IMG/VR virus record: IMGVR_UViG_643348544_000005
Reading direction: 5' to 3' (one strand)
DNA from: a virus
Lineage: Duplodnaviria; Heunggongvirae; Uroviricota; Caudoviricetes
Length of the DNA: 49,714 nucleotides
Of the stretch, positions 17,302 to 27,119 are shown one piece after another. The stretch's first letter is position 1; each line of letters starts with the position of its first letter. Made by a program: the position numbers and the translations under genes. The notes beneath the pieces were generated by a model that saw nothing but the letters and a program-made list of their open reading frames with translations, searched no databases and had not been told where the DNA came from.

Positions 17302-17378
17302 CCGCCATTAGCTCATCAGGAAAGAGCGCCAGCCTTCGAAGCTGGTTGCGCGGAGTTCGGGTCCCCGAAGGCGGTCCA
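17302..17378 (+). tRNA. tRNA-Arg-like (anticodon UCG), imperfect stems
   Basis: D-arm GCTC…GAGC and anticodon arm CCAGC-CTTCGAA-GCTGG are clean; acceptor (CCGCCAT/AAGGCGG) and T-stem (CGGAG/CCCCG) each carry one mismatch and T-loop is TTCGGGT; may be degenerate. Confidence 0.55.
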
Positions 17379-17391
17379 TTATCTGTATCCT

Positions 17392-17468
17392 GCGTTGTTA
17401 GCTCAGCCGGACAGAGCAATTGCCTTCTAAGCAATCGGTCACTGGTTCGAATCCAGTACAACGCGCCA
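17392..17468 (+). tRNA. tRNA-Arg (anticodon UCU)
   Basis: Acceptor GCGTTGT/ACAACGC perfect, D-arm GCTC-AGCCGGACA-GAGC, anticodon arm ATTGC-CTTCTAA-GCAAT, T-arm ACTGG-TTCGAAT-CCAGT, encoded CCA. Confidence 0.85.
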
Positions 17469-17481
17469 CACTTATTTTCCC

Positions 17482-17508
17482 TGGCTCGCTTTTGTGGGCC
17501 TTTTTTTT
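17482..17508 (+). terminator. Intrinsic terminator after tRNA cluster
   Basis: GGCTCG…TGGGCC hairpin followed by TTTTTTTT. Confidence 0.5.
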
Positions 17509-17514
17509 AAATGT

Positions 17515-17730
17515 CTCACAATTTAGGCGGTTGACTGTTGTCTGGTTTGCGGGGAGTTTGTTAAAAGAAACTGGCATGGTGAATCCCCCTGTGCGGAGGG
17601 GCAATCAGCGAGTAGGTATATGGGATAATCGCGGATTCAGGTGCTGGTACTGAATTCACCGGGAGGCACCCGGCACCATGCAATGGCACATAGCGCCACT
17701 CTCCAGCCCCTCTCCGGAGGGGCTTTTCTG
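17515..17730 (+). repeat. Copy 1 of a diverged ~215-bp non-coding module (promoter-like box, conserved hairpins, terminator)
   Basis: Shares with copy 2: CTCACAATT, TTGAC(T/A), GCATGGTGAATCCCCCTG(T/A)GCGGAGGGGC, CACCGGGAGGCACCCGGCACCATG, and CCCCTCTCCGGAGGGG + T-tract. Confidence 0.6.
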
Positions 17731-17982
17731 TGCCGGATACATCACAGTTTCTGGAACCTTAGGTACTACAGTATCAGTCAGGGTGCTATATTTTCAGATG
17801 TGATGAAAGCCTGTCAGCAGGCAGGGCGTATCGGAAATGACCCAGTAGAGAAAACGTTGACTCAGATACCGGTGCTGAGTTACCGGGAAACCGGCATCAC
17901 ATGACCGCTATCCTTCCAGGCCCATCCGCTCCGGTGGGCCTTTTTACTGCAGAAAACAGGTTCCCCGTTAAATGCTATGTTG

Positions 17983-18215
17983 CTCACAATTCAGTAAGTT
18001 GACAGTTGCCTGTCAGACTGGGCATTTGTTAAAAAAATTTCGCATGGTGAATCCCCCTGAGCGGAGGGGCGACTGGTGACGGTATAATCTCTGATTATCA
18101 AAACGAGAATGACGCGGGTTTAGTGGCACCGGGCTGAACTCACCGGGAGGCACCCGGCACCATGTGCATGATGATACAGATACGCGGCTTTAGCCCCTCT
18201 CCGGAGGGGTTTTCT
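17983..18215 (+). repeat. Copy 2 of the diverged non-coding module
   Basis: Same ordered blocks as copy 1, 468 bp downstream; contains an additional TATAAT-like element (GGTATAATC) and extra downstream hairpins (CCCGCG…CGCGGG). Confidence 0.6.
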
Positions 18216-18444
18216 TGTGGGCAAAAAAAGCCCGCGCTGGGAGACGCGGGCGGCAAGGAATAAACAATAAAACGTGAAGTAATATTTCAGCTGGCGAATA
18301 ATACCCCATAGTAATCACTCTGCGCAACTGCGCGGTCTTTTTCGAATTGCGGGCTGTCGTCTCTCTTCTGCCATTGTCCTGTAACTTCCGGACTTCAGCC
18401 CGCTCCTTATTTTACTCACAATATTATCCCGGCCGGGAGGATTC

Positions 18445-20301
18445 ATGGCATTTAAACACTATGACGTGGTCAGGGCGGTATCGCCGTCAGACCTTGCGAA
18501 ACGACTGACACAAAAACTGAAGGAGGGCTGGCAGCCGTTTGGTAGTCCGGTGGCCATAACCCCTTATACCCTGATGCAGGCGATTGCAGCAGAAGGTGAT
18601 GTGGTGGTCAGTGGTGCAACTGAGCCGGATTGGTACTACGTCATCGTACTGGCCGGGCAGTCCAATGCCATGGCTTACGGTGAAGGGCTTCCGCTTCCGG
18701 ATTCATACGATGCGCCCCATCCGCGCATTAAGCAACTGGCCCGTCGTAACACAGTGACTCCCGGTGGTGAAGTATGCGTATTTAACGACATCATTCCTGC
18801 TGACCATTGTCTGCATGATGTTCAGGATATGAGTACGATTAACCATCCCCGGGCTGACCTGAGCAAAGGGCAGTACGGCTGTGTCGGCCAGGGCTTACAT
18901 ATTGCCAAAAAACTGCTTCCGTATATCCCTAATAATGCGGGGATCCTGCTGGTACCATGCTGTCGTGGTGGTTCGGCATTCACCCAGGGCACGGAGGGGA
19001 CATTCAGCGAGTCCACGGGGGCCAGTCAGGATTCGGCTCGCTGGGGAGTGGGTAAGCCGTTATATCAGGATCTGCTTTTCCGCACGAAGGCAGCATTGCA
19101 GAAAAACCCGAAAAACGTTTTGCTGGCGATATGCTGGATGCAGGGGGAATTCGATATGACGAATGCCAGTTACGCCCAGCAGCCAGCAGCATTTCTTGCA
19201 ATGGTACAGCAGTTCCGTGCTGACCTTGCCGGGCTGGCGGCGCAGTGTCACGGTGGAAGTCCGGCATCAGTCCCCTGGATTTGTGGCGACACGACATACG
19301 CGTGGAAACAAGAACACGGTACGCAATATGAAGTGGTATATGGTGCATATAAAGGTAAAGAATCCCAGCAGATTTATTTTGTTCCCTTTATGACCGATGG
19401 TAGCGGAGTTAATACACCGACAAACAACCCGTCAGAAGATCCTGATATTGCCGGGTCTGGTTATTACGGTTCGGCATCCCGAACGAACAAAAACTGGGTA
19501 TCATCAAATCGCCCGACGCATTTCAGCTCATGGGCGCGTCGTGGCATTATTCCCGATCGTATGGCAACTGCTATTCTGAACGTAGCCGGTCGCACCTTAG
19601 CCTTCATTAGTGGTAAGGCACCGGAAATCAAACCCTCGCCCGGCGGCGACACGCCATCGGGGCCGTCTGATGGTGACACATCCGTTCGTACAGTCTCCCT
19701 GCTGCCGACAGCCGGAGAGGCTGCTGCGCAGGGCTGGACCATCACCGGCGGCAGTGTTGCGCTGGAAGATGGTGTGTTTAAGGTTACCAAGCAGAGCAAT
19801 AAAACTTGGTCCCTGATGCATCCGGTGGATGACGCAGTCTCCCTGCTGACACGGGGTGGCAGACTGAGCTGTAAGTTTCGACTGTCAGGCGCACTGACCA
19901 ACAATCAGTTCGGTCTGGGAATTTATCTGTATACCGATGTAGCGTTACCTGACGTCGTGGCGATGACCGGGACTGGTAACCCGTTCCTGATGTCGTTCTT
20001 CACCCAGACCACAGACGGCAAACTGAATCTGATGCATCACAGGAAAGCAGGAAACACAAAGTTGGGCGAGTTCGGGAATTACAGTAACGACTGGCAGACG
20101 CTGGAGCTGGTGTTCACCGCCGGCAGTGCCACGGTTACTCCGAAACTGAATGGAGTGGCTGGCCCGGCATTCCAGGTCATAAAAGACAGTCTGACACTGG
20201 GGCTGAATGCGCTGACGCTGACGGATATTACCAAAAATGCAGCGTATGGCGTTGAGATAGAAAGTCTGGTGCTGGAGATAAATGCACCAGCATCATCATA
20301 A
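18445..20301 (+). CDS. nanS: NanS-p/YjhS-like sialate O-acetylesterase (SGNH hydrolase)
   Basis: 618-aa ORF, ATG 18445 with GGGAGGA SD; N-terminal …VIVLAGQSNAMAYGEG… (GQSN motif); occupies the position downstream of the tRNAs where the esterase gene lies in Stx phages. Confidence 0.8.
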   Translation: MAFKHYDVVRAVSPSDLAKRLTQKLKEGWQPFGSPVAITPYTLMQAIAAEGDVVVSGATEPDWYYVIVLAGQSNAMAYGEGLPLPDSYDAPHPRIKQLARRNTVTPGGEVCVFNDIIPADHCLHDVQDMSTINHPRADLSKGQYGCVGQGLHIAKKLLPYIPNNAGILLVPCCRGGSAFTQGTEGTFSESTGASQDSARWGVGKPLYQDLLFRTKAALQKNPKNVLLAICWMQGEFDMTNASYAQQPAAFLAMVQQFRADLAGLAAQCHGGSPASVPWICGDTTYAWKQEHGTQYEVVYGAYKGKESQQIYFVPFMTDGSGVNTPTNNPSEDPDIAGSGYYGSASRTNKNWVSSNRPTHFSSWARRGIIPDRMATAILNVAGRTLAFISGKAPEIKPSPGGDTPSGPSDGDTSVRTVSLLPTAGEAAAQGWTITGGSVALEDGVFKVTKQSNKTWSLMHPVDDAVSLLTRGGRLSCKFRLSGALTNNQFGLGIYLYTDVALPDVVAMTGTGNPFLMSFFTQTTDGKLNLMHHRKAGNTKLGEFGNYSNDWQTLELVFTAGSATVTPKLNGVAGPAFQVIKDSLTLGLNALTLTDITKNAAYGVEIESLVLEINAPASS

Positions 20302-20451
20302 AAAGTGAGCCAGTCAAATGGAAGGTATCGTTAAACTCACCGGTAGTGTTAGTGGGTCGTCTGAGATGCCTGCATGAGTTATCAGAGCCATCAGTACTTA
20401 ACTGGTGGCTTTTTTTATTGTTGTCAGCTTCCGGATAACGGGAGACGGGGT

Positions 20452-20667
20452 ATGTACCAGATGGAAAAAATCACAACAGGTGTGTCATACACCACGTCAG
20501 CGGTGGGAACGGGCTACTGGTTCCTGCAGTTGCTGGACAGGGTTTCCCCGTCTCAGTGGGCGGCAATAGGCGTGCTGGGGAGTCTGCTGTTTGGGCTGCT
20601 GACATATCTGACTAACCTGTATTTCAAAATCAGAGAGGACCGTCGTAAGGCTGCACGGGGAGAGTAA
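20452..20667 (+). CDS. S: Phage-21-type pinholin (S21-like) with dual-start motif
   Basis: 71-aa frame [71 protein letters not shown] closely matches recollected S21; Met1/Met4 dual start. Confidence 0.85.
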   Translation: MYQMEKITTGVSYTTSAVGTGYWFLQLLDRVSPSQWAAIGVLGSLLFGLLTYLTNLYFKIREDRRKAARGE

Positions 20668-20671
20668 TTCA

Positions 20672-20986
20672 ATGACTCAAAACTATGAACTGATTGTGAA
20701 AGGGATCCGCAATTTTGAGAATAAAGTTACGGTAACTTTAGCGTTACGGGACAAAAAACGCTTTGACGGTGAAATTTTTGACCTGGACATCTCGCTGGAC
20801 CGTGTTGAAGGTGCCGCGCTGGAGTTTTATGAGGCAGCAGCCAGAAGGAGCATCAGACAGGTCTTCCTGGATGTTGCTGCCGGGTTATGTGAAGGGGACG
20901 AGCTGTTGCCAGAAACGCGCCCCTGTTCAGAGGCGCGGTATACCATAAAAATTAACAGTTCTGATAACTCGATTACGGGTTGTTAG
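20672..20986 (+). CDS. YdfR-like (DUF1327-type) small protein between holin and endolysin
   Basis: 104-aa ORF with ATG 20672; position matches ydfR between essQ and rrrQ in Qin; family assignment from memory. Confidence 0.55.
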   Translation: MTQNYELIVKGIRNFENKVTVTLALRDKKRFDGEIFDLDISLDRVEGAALEFYEAAARRSIRQVFLDVAAGLCEGDELLPETRPCSEARYTIKINSSDNSITGC

Positions 20987-21041
20987 CTTTTTGCAGTTGG
21001 CTTTCCAGTATCTTTCATTGGTAGCATCCTGATAAATATCC

Positions 21042-21575
21042 ATGAGCGCAAAAATCAAATACGGCCTGTCAGCTGCTGTTCTGGCGCTGATTGCTGCAGG
21101 CGCGTCTGCTCCTCAAATACTTGACCAGTTTCTGGATGAAAAAGAGGGTAACCACACTACGGCATACCGCGATGGTTCCGGTATATGGACTATCTGTCGT
21201 GGTGCCACAATGGTGGATGGTAAGCCCGTCATACCGGGAATGAAGCTGTCGAAGGAAAAATGCGACCAGGTTAACGCTATTGAACGTGATAAGGCGCTGG
21301 CATGGGTGGAGCGCAATATTAAAGTACCACTGACCGAACCACAGAAAGCGGGTATAGCGTCATTATGTCCCTATAACATTGGCCCCGGTAAGTGTTTCCC
21401 GTCGACGTTTTATAAGCGGCTGAATGCCGGTGATCGTAAGGGCGCATGCGAGGCGATTCGCTGGTGGATAAAAGATGGTGGGCGCGATTGCCGCATACGT
21501 TCAAATAACTGCTATGGACAGGTTATTCGTCGTGACCAGGAAAGCGCATTAGCCTGTTGGGGGATAGATCAGTGA
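21042..21575 (+). CDS. R: SAR endolysin (R21-like lysozyme)
   Basis: 177-aa ORF; N-terminal signal-anchor-release segment …[18 protein letters not shown]… and lysozyme-like body; follows pinholin as in phage 21 lysis cassette. Confidence 0.9.
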   Translation: MSAKIKYGLSAAVLALIAAGASAPQILDQFLDEKEGNHTTAYRDGSGIWTICRGATMVDGKPVIPGMKLSKEKCDQVNAIERDKALAWVERNIKVPLTEPQKAGIASLCPYNIGPGKCFPSTFYKRLNAGDRKGACEAIRWWIKDGGRDCRIRSNNCYGQVIRRDQESALACWGIDQ

Positions 21576-22030
21576 GCAGAGTCGCAGCGATTATTTATAC
21601 TCTGGTTATCTGCACCATCGTCTGCCTGTCATGGGCTGTTAATCATTACCGCGATAACGCCATTACCTACAAAGCCCAGCGCGACAAAAATGCCAGAGAA
21701 CTGAAGCTGGCGAACGTGGCAATTACTGACATGCAGATGCGTCAGCGTGATGTAGCAGAACTCGACGCCAGATACACAAAGGAGCTTGCTGATGCTAACG
21801 CGACTATCGAAAGTCTTCGTGCTGATGTTTCTGCTGGGCGTAAGCGCCTGCAAGTCGCCGCCACCTGTGCAAAGTCAACGACCGGAGCCAGCAGCATGGG
21901 CGATGGAGAAAGCCCAAGACTTACAGCAGATGCTGAACTCAATTATTACCGTCTCCGAAGTGGAATCGACAAGTTAACCGCTCAGGTCAACTACCTGCAG
22001 GAGTACATCAGGACGCAGTGCTTAAAATAA
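21572..22030 (+). CDS. Rz: i-spanin Rz
   Basis: 152-aa frame from GTG 21572 overlapping endolysin stop (GTGA); N-terminal TM then coiled-coil-like sequence; contains embedded Rz1. Confidence 0.8.
   Translation: MSRVAAIIYTLVICTIVCLSWAVNHYRDNAITYKAQRDKNARELKLANVAITDMQMRQRDVAELDARYTKELADANATIESLRADVSAGRKRLQVAATCAKSTTGASSMGDGESPRLTADAELNYYRLRSGIDKLTAQVNYLQEYIRTQCLK
21792..21977 (+). CDS. Rz1: o-spanin Rz1 (lipoprotein) embedded in Rz in +1 frame
   Basis: 61-aa frame [27 protein letters not shown]… with lipobox (VSAC) and Pro-rich body; AGGAG SD 8 nt upstream of ATG 21792. Confidence 0.7.
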   Translation: MLTRLSKVFVLMFLLGVSACKSPPPVQSQRPEPAAWAMEKAQDLQQMLNSIITVSEVESTS

Positions 22031-22071
22031 TTTTAATTTCACTGAAATTTAATACGTGACTTTCAGGAAAA

Positions 22072-22096
22072 TGCCTCGCAGATGCGGGGCATTTTT
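22072..22096 (+). terminator. Intrinsic terminator after lysis cassette
   Basis: TGCCTCGC-AGAT-GCGGGGCA hairpin followed by TTTTT. Confidence 0.55.
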
Positions 22097-22446
22097 GTAC
22101 AGGTATTTCACCGCGCACCGCAGCGCACTCAACCACGTCGAACCAAACCCTTTGGAATGAGCCTTTGAGTAGTCAGTTAGTGCTGGTGAGCCTTGACGGG
22201 CTGATCTCCTATGCAGCAAAGGTTCATCTCAAAGTAAGACGAACGCTATGACAAACCAAGATTCTATAGACCTATCTGATCTTCGTGGAATGGTCATTTT
22301 TCCAGACAAAAGGTAATCACCATAGTCGTATGGCTATGAATCTTGTTGCTGCAGATAAGCATTTTGTGATTGAAGTGGTCAAATCTCTCAAATGCAGTAA
22401 AATGCAGTGCGCTATAATTCAATAACGGAGGGAGTAAGGAGAAGTC

Positions 22447-23067
22447 ATGAAAGATCAAGATGTTAGGTTCGCGGTGCATCATAAGCTTTTGAAAGAATCG
22501 CATTTAGATCCAGACTGCCTTGTGGTCGATGAATTTTCCATATCCCTTGGCGCCAGTAGAGCAGACATTGCTGTAATAAATGGTGTTATACACGGGTACG
22601 AGCTCAAAAGTGAATATGACTCTTTGGAGCGTTTGCCTCTTCAAATCAAGCATTATTCTTCTGTAATGGACAAGGTTACTCTTGTCGTAGCTGAGAAACA
22701 CCTTGAGGGAGCATTAAAGTTAATCCCAGGTTGGTGGGGCGTTAAAACGGTTTCTGTTGGGCCAAAAGGCGCCATTCTTATAAAGCACATGCGTGGAGAA
22801 AAGCTTAATCGAAACCATGACACATTGATGCTCGCTCAATTGCTTTGGAAAGATGAATGTATCGACGTACTTGAACGATGGGGCTATTCCAAAGGAATCA
22901 AAAGCAAGCCCCGATTTGAGTTATGGAATATTATTGCGGAAAATATTCCAATAGCGAATCTCAGGCCTGAAGTCAGAACAGCCTTAAAGAAACGCGTAGG
23001 CTGGAAAGTTAAGGCTTGGCAGGCTGAGTCTGCGCCAACCAATAAAGCTGTCTCACGACTAACGTAA
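22447..23067 (+). CDS. PD-(D/E)xK nuclease-like protein (candidate defence/accessory gene)
   Basis: 206-aa ORF, ATG 22447 with AAGGAG SD; …CLVVDEFSI…RADIAVIN…IHGYELKSE… fits a D…ExK restriction-endonuclease-like motif; AT-rich; resemblance to sce7726-type family is by memory only. Confidence 0.6.
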   Translation: MKDQDVRFAVHHKLLKESHLDPDCLVVDEFSISLGASRADIAVINGVIHGYELKSEYDSLERLPLQIKHYSSVMDKVTLVVAEKHLEGALKLIPGWWGVKTVSVGPKGAILIKHMRGEKLNRNHDTLMLAQLLWKDECIDVLERWGYSKGIKSKPRFELWNIIAENIPIANLRPEVRTALKKRVGWKVKAWQAESAPTNKAVSRLT

Positions 23068-24076
23068 TATGGTGCGTATGTGCAACTTTACGCCATTCTT
23101 TAGAGCCGCCAGATTTGTTAGCGCCTAATGATCTTTGGTAAATGTAATCATCCCCCCAACTAAATTTGGAGCCAAAGACTTGATACTCTGGCGAACTAAC
23201 AAGGGTAGTACATAAGTTTTTAGTTTGGCCCCATCCATTTCCTTTAACTGCGGTACCTTTTACAAAGATCCATGAGGTATCGTTCGAATATCTCACTGAG
23301 ACATACTGAGACATGAAGCGTGGGTCTACGCTCGTAATGGTAGAGCTAGCGGTGGGATAATCACTAAAACTTGGCGTTCTTCCATTGCTAAAATTCTGTA
23401 CTACGTACATCCAAAGATCGTATTCATGGCGCGGAATATGATGAACTTGATGTTGCGGTATCCCTGCCTGTGATGCCGGGTATGCGGTTGAAGATAAAAT
23501 CAAGTTTCTCCACGGAGCTTGGCCTGATAATGTGTTGACCATGCTTAATGCTTGTTGTTTTAAACTATCAGTTGCGTTTTGAATATCTCCAAAATCAATG
23601 ATTACATCAATTAAACTAGGATGAATATTTAAGTGGTTAACCAGACTTGTGAATTGGTGCCATGTCTGGGGGGTGATAGATATAGCGAGCCCATTGATTA
23701 AGTTGCGTTGAACAGCATGTATATAGTTTGTTGAATATGCGGGAGAAACAACAGGGATAATTTCCTTACCATTTACTCTAGCATCTTGGATACACATATC
23801 TAGAGGATGATGGCGGCTCGAACCATGTTTATCTAAATATTTAACATCCAGCAAAACAGGACGATTGGCTTTCCAGGATGCCGCAAGGTTAATACCGAAG
23901 TCAGATAAGTAAGAACTCAAATTCTTCTTGTAGCATTCGTTTTCATAATCCCAGTCTATGTCTGGAATGGTAATGATCGGAGTAAAACCAGAGAGCGTAG
24001 TTTGATCTAAAAGCATCAGAGATTCATATTCAGCAGGCTTCCATTTCAGCTGTGGATAATATTGATGTTGACTCAT
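23009..24076 (-). CDS. Hypothetical 355-aa protein (possibly beta-protein/sce7725-like), convergent partner of the nuclease-like gene
   Basis: ATG 24074-24076 with AAGGAG SD; 3' end overlaps the convergent gene by 59 bp (23009-23067); AT-rich; no motif recognised by eye. Confidence 0.6.
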   Translation of the reverse strand: MSQHQYYPQLKWKPAEYESLMLLDQTTLSGFTPIITIPDIDWDYENECYKKNLSSYLSDFGINLAASWKANRPVLLDVKYLDKHGSSRHHPLDMCIQDARVNGKEIIPVVSPAYSTNYIHAVQRNLINGLAISITPQTWHQFTSLVNHLNIHPSLIDVIIDFGDIQNATDSLKQQALSMVNTLSGQAPWRNLILSSTAYPASQAGIPQHQVHHIPRHEYDLWMYVVQNFSNGRTPSFSDYPTASSTITSVDPRFMSQYVSVRYSNDTSWIFVKGTAVKGNGWGQTKNLCTTLVSSPEYQVFGSKFSWGDDYIYQRSLGANKSGGSKEWRKVAHTHHITLVVRQLYWLAQTQPAKP

Positions 24077-24299
24077 TAAAACTCCTTAAAATCTTTACTT
24101 ATCCTAAGTATAGTGTTATGGCGTAACGCCAATTGTTTTTATACACTTGAAAACATTGGGAAAAGTTGAGCTATATCTAAATTTACAAAATTGGATGTTA
24201 TAGAAATCGAGGTTTCAACTAGGCATGGAACTGCAAAATTTTTAATGCCTGCACGCGAAAGTCGTTGGCGGGTCCTTTCCGGTGATCCAGATCGTTACG

Positions 24300-24311
24300 G
24301 GGCGGCGACCT
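24300..24311 (+). other. cosN cohesive-end sequence (GGGCGGCGACCT), within cos region ~24240-24480
   Basis: 12-mer GGGCGGCGACCT followed by CGCGGGTTTTCGCTATTTATGAAAATTTT matches recollected lambda left end; lies just upstream of Nu1. Confidence 0.75.
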
Positions 24312-24480
24312 CGCGGGTTTTCGCTATTTATGAAAATTTTTAGGGAAAAATCAGATCCGTTCTTCTTCTTTTTAACTGATTGATTATCAATAGAATTTTA
24401 AAAATATAAAAGGATCTGACAAAGGCTATTTTTGTTAGAAAACGCCATTTTCAGATCCTTTCTGGTTCCCGGGGGAGTGT

Positions 24481-25029
24481 ATGAACGTCAATAAGAAAAA
24501 ACTGGCCGATATTTTTGGCGTTGATGTCAGGACCATCACCGCCTGGCAGAGTCAGGGGTTACCACTAGTTTCTGGTGGAGGAAAAGGGACTGAATCAGTT
24601 TTTGATACAACTGCTGCCATTCAGTGGTATGCGCAGAGGGAAGCTGATATTGAAAACGAAAAACTCCGTAAAGAGATCGAGGATTTGAGGGCTGCCAGCG
24701 AATCAGACCTTCAGCCCGGCACCATTGATTACGAACGTTACCGACTGACGAAGGCACAGGCCGATGCACAGGAGCTGAAAAATGCTCGTGAGGAAGGCCT
24801 TGTCCTCGAGACGGAGTTATTTACCTACATCTTTCAGCGAGTGGCACAGAATATATCAGGGATCCTTGTCCGTGTCCCTCAGACACTGCAGCGTAAATAC
24901 CCTGATATATCACCCGTACATCTTGATGCTGTGAAAACTGAAATCGCGAAAGCATCCGATGTGGCTTCTGAAGCCGGTGAGAATGTGCGCAGGTGGATTG
25001 ATGATTTCAGACGAACTGAGGGCGGCTAA
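24481..25029 (+). CDS. nu1: Terminase small subunit Nu1
   Basis: [36 protein letters not shown]… closely matches recollected lambda Nu1. Confidence 0.9.
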   Translation: MNVNKKKLADIFGVDVRTITAWQSQGLPLVSGGGKGTESVFDTTAAIQWYAQREADIENEKLRKEIEDLRAASESDLQPGTIDYERYRLTKAQADAQELKNAREEGLVLETELFTYIFQRVAQNISGILVRVPQTLQRKYPDISPVHLDAVKTEIAKASDVASEAGENVRRWIDDFRRTEGG

Positions 25030-26929
25030 TTCTGCAGGAGCGATAGCAACCGGCCTCCTTGCGCTAAAAATTCCTGTCCCTCTGACGACAGTTCAGTGGG
25101 CAGATCGACATTATTACCTTCCGAAAGAGTCATCTTACACCCCGGGGCGGTGGGAAACACTGCCGTTTCAGGTTGCCATCATGAACAGCATGGGGAATGA
25201 CCGGATCCGCACTGTTAATCTGATTAAATCTGCCCGTGTTGGTTATACAAAGATGTTGCTGGGAGTGGAGGCTTATTTTATTGAGCATAAATCACGCAAC
25301 AGCCTTCTTTTCCAGCCCACGGATTCTGCTGCTGAAGATTTTATGAAATCTCATGTGGAACCCACGATCAGGGATGTGCCGGTTTTACTCGATCTTGCAC
25401 CGTGGTTTGGGCGTAAACATCGTGATAATACCCTCACGCTGAAACGTTTTTCATCGGGCGTGGGCTTCTGGTGCCTGGGCGGGGCTGCCGCTAAAAACTA
25501 CCGTGAAAAATCCGTGGACGTGGTCTGCTATGACGAACTTTCCTCGTTCGAACCGGATGTCGAAAAAGAGGGTTCGCCAACCCTGCTTGGGGATAAACGT
25601 ATTGAGGGCTCTGTATGGCCCAAATCCATTCGCGGCTCGACGCCTAAAATCAAAGGCACCTGCCAGATCGAAAAAGCGGCCAACGAGTCGGCGCATTTCA
25701 TGCGTTTTTATGTGCCCTGCCCACACTGTGGGGAGGAGCAGTATCTGAAATTTGGCGATGAATCCACGCCTTTTGGCCTTAAATGGGAGAAGGACAGCCC
25801 CGAAAGCGTTTTCTACCTCTGTGAACATCATGGCTGCGTGATCCATCAGTCTGAGCTTGACCAGAGCAACGGGCGGTGGATCTGTGAAAACACGGGGATG
25901 TGGACCCGTGACGGTCTGACGTTTTTCAGCTCCGCGGATAATGAAATTCCGCCGCCGCGCTCCATCACGTTCCATATCTGGACGGCGTACAGTCCGTTCA
26001 CCACCTGGGTACAGATAGTCTATGACTGGCTGGATGCACTGAAAGATCCCAACGGCCTGAAAACCTTTGTGAACACCACGCTGGGCGAGACCTGGGAAGA
26101 GGCCGTGGGCGAAAAACTCGATCACCAGGTACTGATGGATAAGGTCGTGCATTACACGGCGGCGGTGCCAGCCCGGGTGGTTTATCTGACGGCGGGCATT
26201 GACTCGCAGCGAAACCGTTTTGAGATGTATGTCTGGGGATGGGCACCGGGAGAGGAAGCTTTTCTGGTGGATAAAATCATCATTATGGGCCGTCCCGATG
26301 AGGAAGAGACGCTGTTACGTGTGGATGCGGCGATCAACAAAAAATACTGCCATGCAGACGGAACCGAAATGACCATTTCCCGTGTCTGCTGGGACACCGG
26401 GGGAATCGATGGTGAAATTGTCTATCAGAGGTCAAAAAAACACGGTGTTTTCCGGGTGCTGCCGGTAAAAGGCGCATCTGTCTATGGCAAGCCGGTGATC
26501 ACCATGCCGAAAACCCGCAATCAGCGGGGCGTGTATCTGTGTGAAGTGGGGACGGACACCGCAAAAGAAATTCTCTATGCCCGTATGAAAGCCGATCCCA
26601 CGCCTGCGGATGAAGCCACGTCGTATGCCATCCGTTTTCCTGATGATCCGGAGATTTTTTCGCAGACAGAGGCGCAGCAACTGGTCGCGGAAGAGCTTGT
26701 GGAGAAGTGGGAAAAAGGAAAGATGCGTCTGCTGTGGGATAACAAAAAGCGGCGTAACGAAGCGCTGGACTGCCTGGTGTATGCCTATGCGGCATTACGT
26801 GTGTCCGTGCAACGCTGGCAGCTTGATCTGGCTGTACTGGCAAAATCCCGGGAAGAAGAGACGACCCGGCCAACCCTTAAAGAACTGGCAGCGAAGCTGT
26901 CCGGAGGAGTGAATGGTTACAGTCGCTGA
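25001..26929 (+). CDS. A: Terminase large subunit A
   Basis: Frame from ATG 25001 ([11 protein letters not shown]…[12 protein letters not shown]…) matches recollected lambda gpA over its length; overlaps Nu1 3' end. Confidence 0.9.
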   Translation: MISDELRAANSAGAIATGLLALKIPVPLTTVQWADRHYYLPKESSYTPGRWETLPFQVAIMNSMGNDRIRTVNLIKSARVGYTKMLLGVEAYFIEHKSRNSLLFQPTDSAAEDFMKSHVEPTIRDVPVLLDLAPWFGRKHRDNTLTLKRFSSGVGFWCLGGAAAKNYREKSVDVVCYDELSSFEPDVEKEGSPTLLGDKRIEGSVWPKSIRGSTPKIKGTCQIEKAANESAHFMRFYVPCPHCGEEQYLKFGDESTPFGLKWEKDSPESVFYLCEHHGCVIHQSELDQSNGRWICENTGMWTRDGLTFFSSADNEIPPPRSITFHIWTAYSPFTTWVQIVYDWLDALKDPNGLKTFVNTTLGETWEEAVGEKLDHQVLMDKVVHYTAAVPARVVYLTAGIDSQRNRFEMYVWGWAPGEEAFLVDKIIIMGRPDEEETLLRVDAAINKKYCHADGTEMTISRVCWDTGGIDGEIVYQRSKKHGVFRVLPVKGASVYGKPVITMPKTRNQRGVYLCEVGTDTAKEILYARMKADPTPADEATSYAIRFPDDPEIFSQTEAQQLVAEELVEKWEKGKMRLLWDNKKRRNEALDCLVYAYAALRVSVQRWQLDLAVLAKSREEETTRPTLKELAAKLSGGVNGYSR

Positions 26930-27119
26930 ACTACAGGCGCTGCGTCAGGCGCGCCTTGATTTATTAACCGGTAAACGGGTGGTGTCTGTCCAGAAAGATG
27001 GTCGCAGAATTGAATATACGGCGGCTTCTCTGGATGAGCTTAACCGGGCGATCAATGATGCGGAGTCGGTACTGGGGACAACCCGGCGTCGCCGTCGTCC
27101 GCTGGGAGTGAGGTTATGA
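26913..27119 (+). CDS. W: Head-tail connector protein W
   Basis: 68 aa, …LLTGKRVVSVQKDGRRIEYTAASLDEL… matches lambda gpW. Confidence 0.85.
   Translation: MVTVAELQALRQARLDLLTGKRVVSVQKDGRRIEYTAASLDELNRAINDAESVLGTTRRRRRPLGVRL

Noticed and set aside
17641-17904. 87-aa ORF within the stx-position spacer
   Set aside because: Runs through terminator hairpins and conserved repeat blocks; no RBS; region interpreted as non-coding.
17470-18440. Shiga toxin genes (stxAB) at the canonical position after the tRNA cluster
   Set aside because: Looked for because gene order matches Stx phages, but no ORFs of appropriate size with signal peptides are present; the interval is non-coding.
25451-26152. 233-aa minus-strand ORF antisense to terminase large subunit
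   Set aside because: Overlaps strongly supported gene A; no independent evidence.
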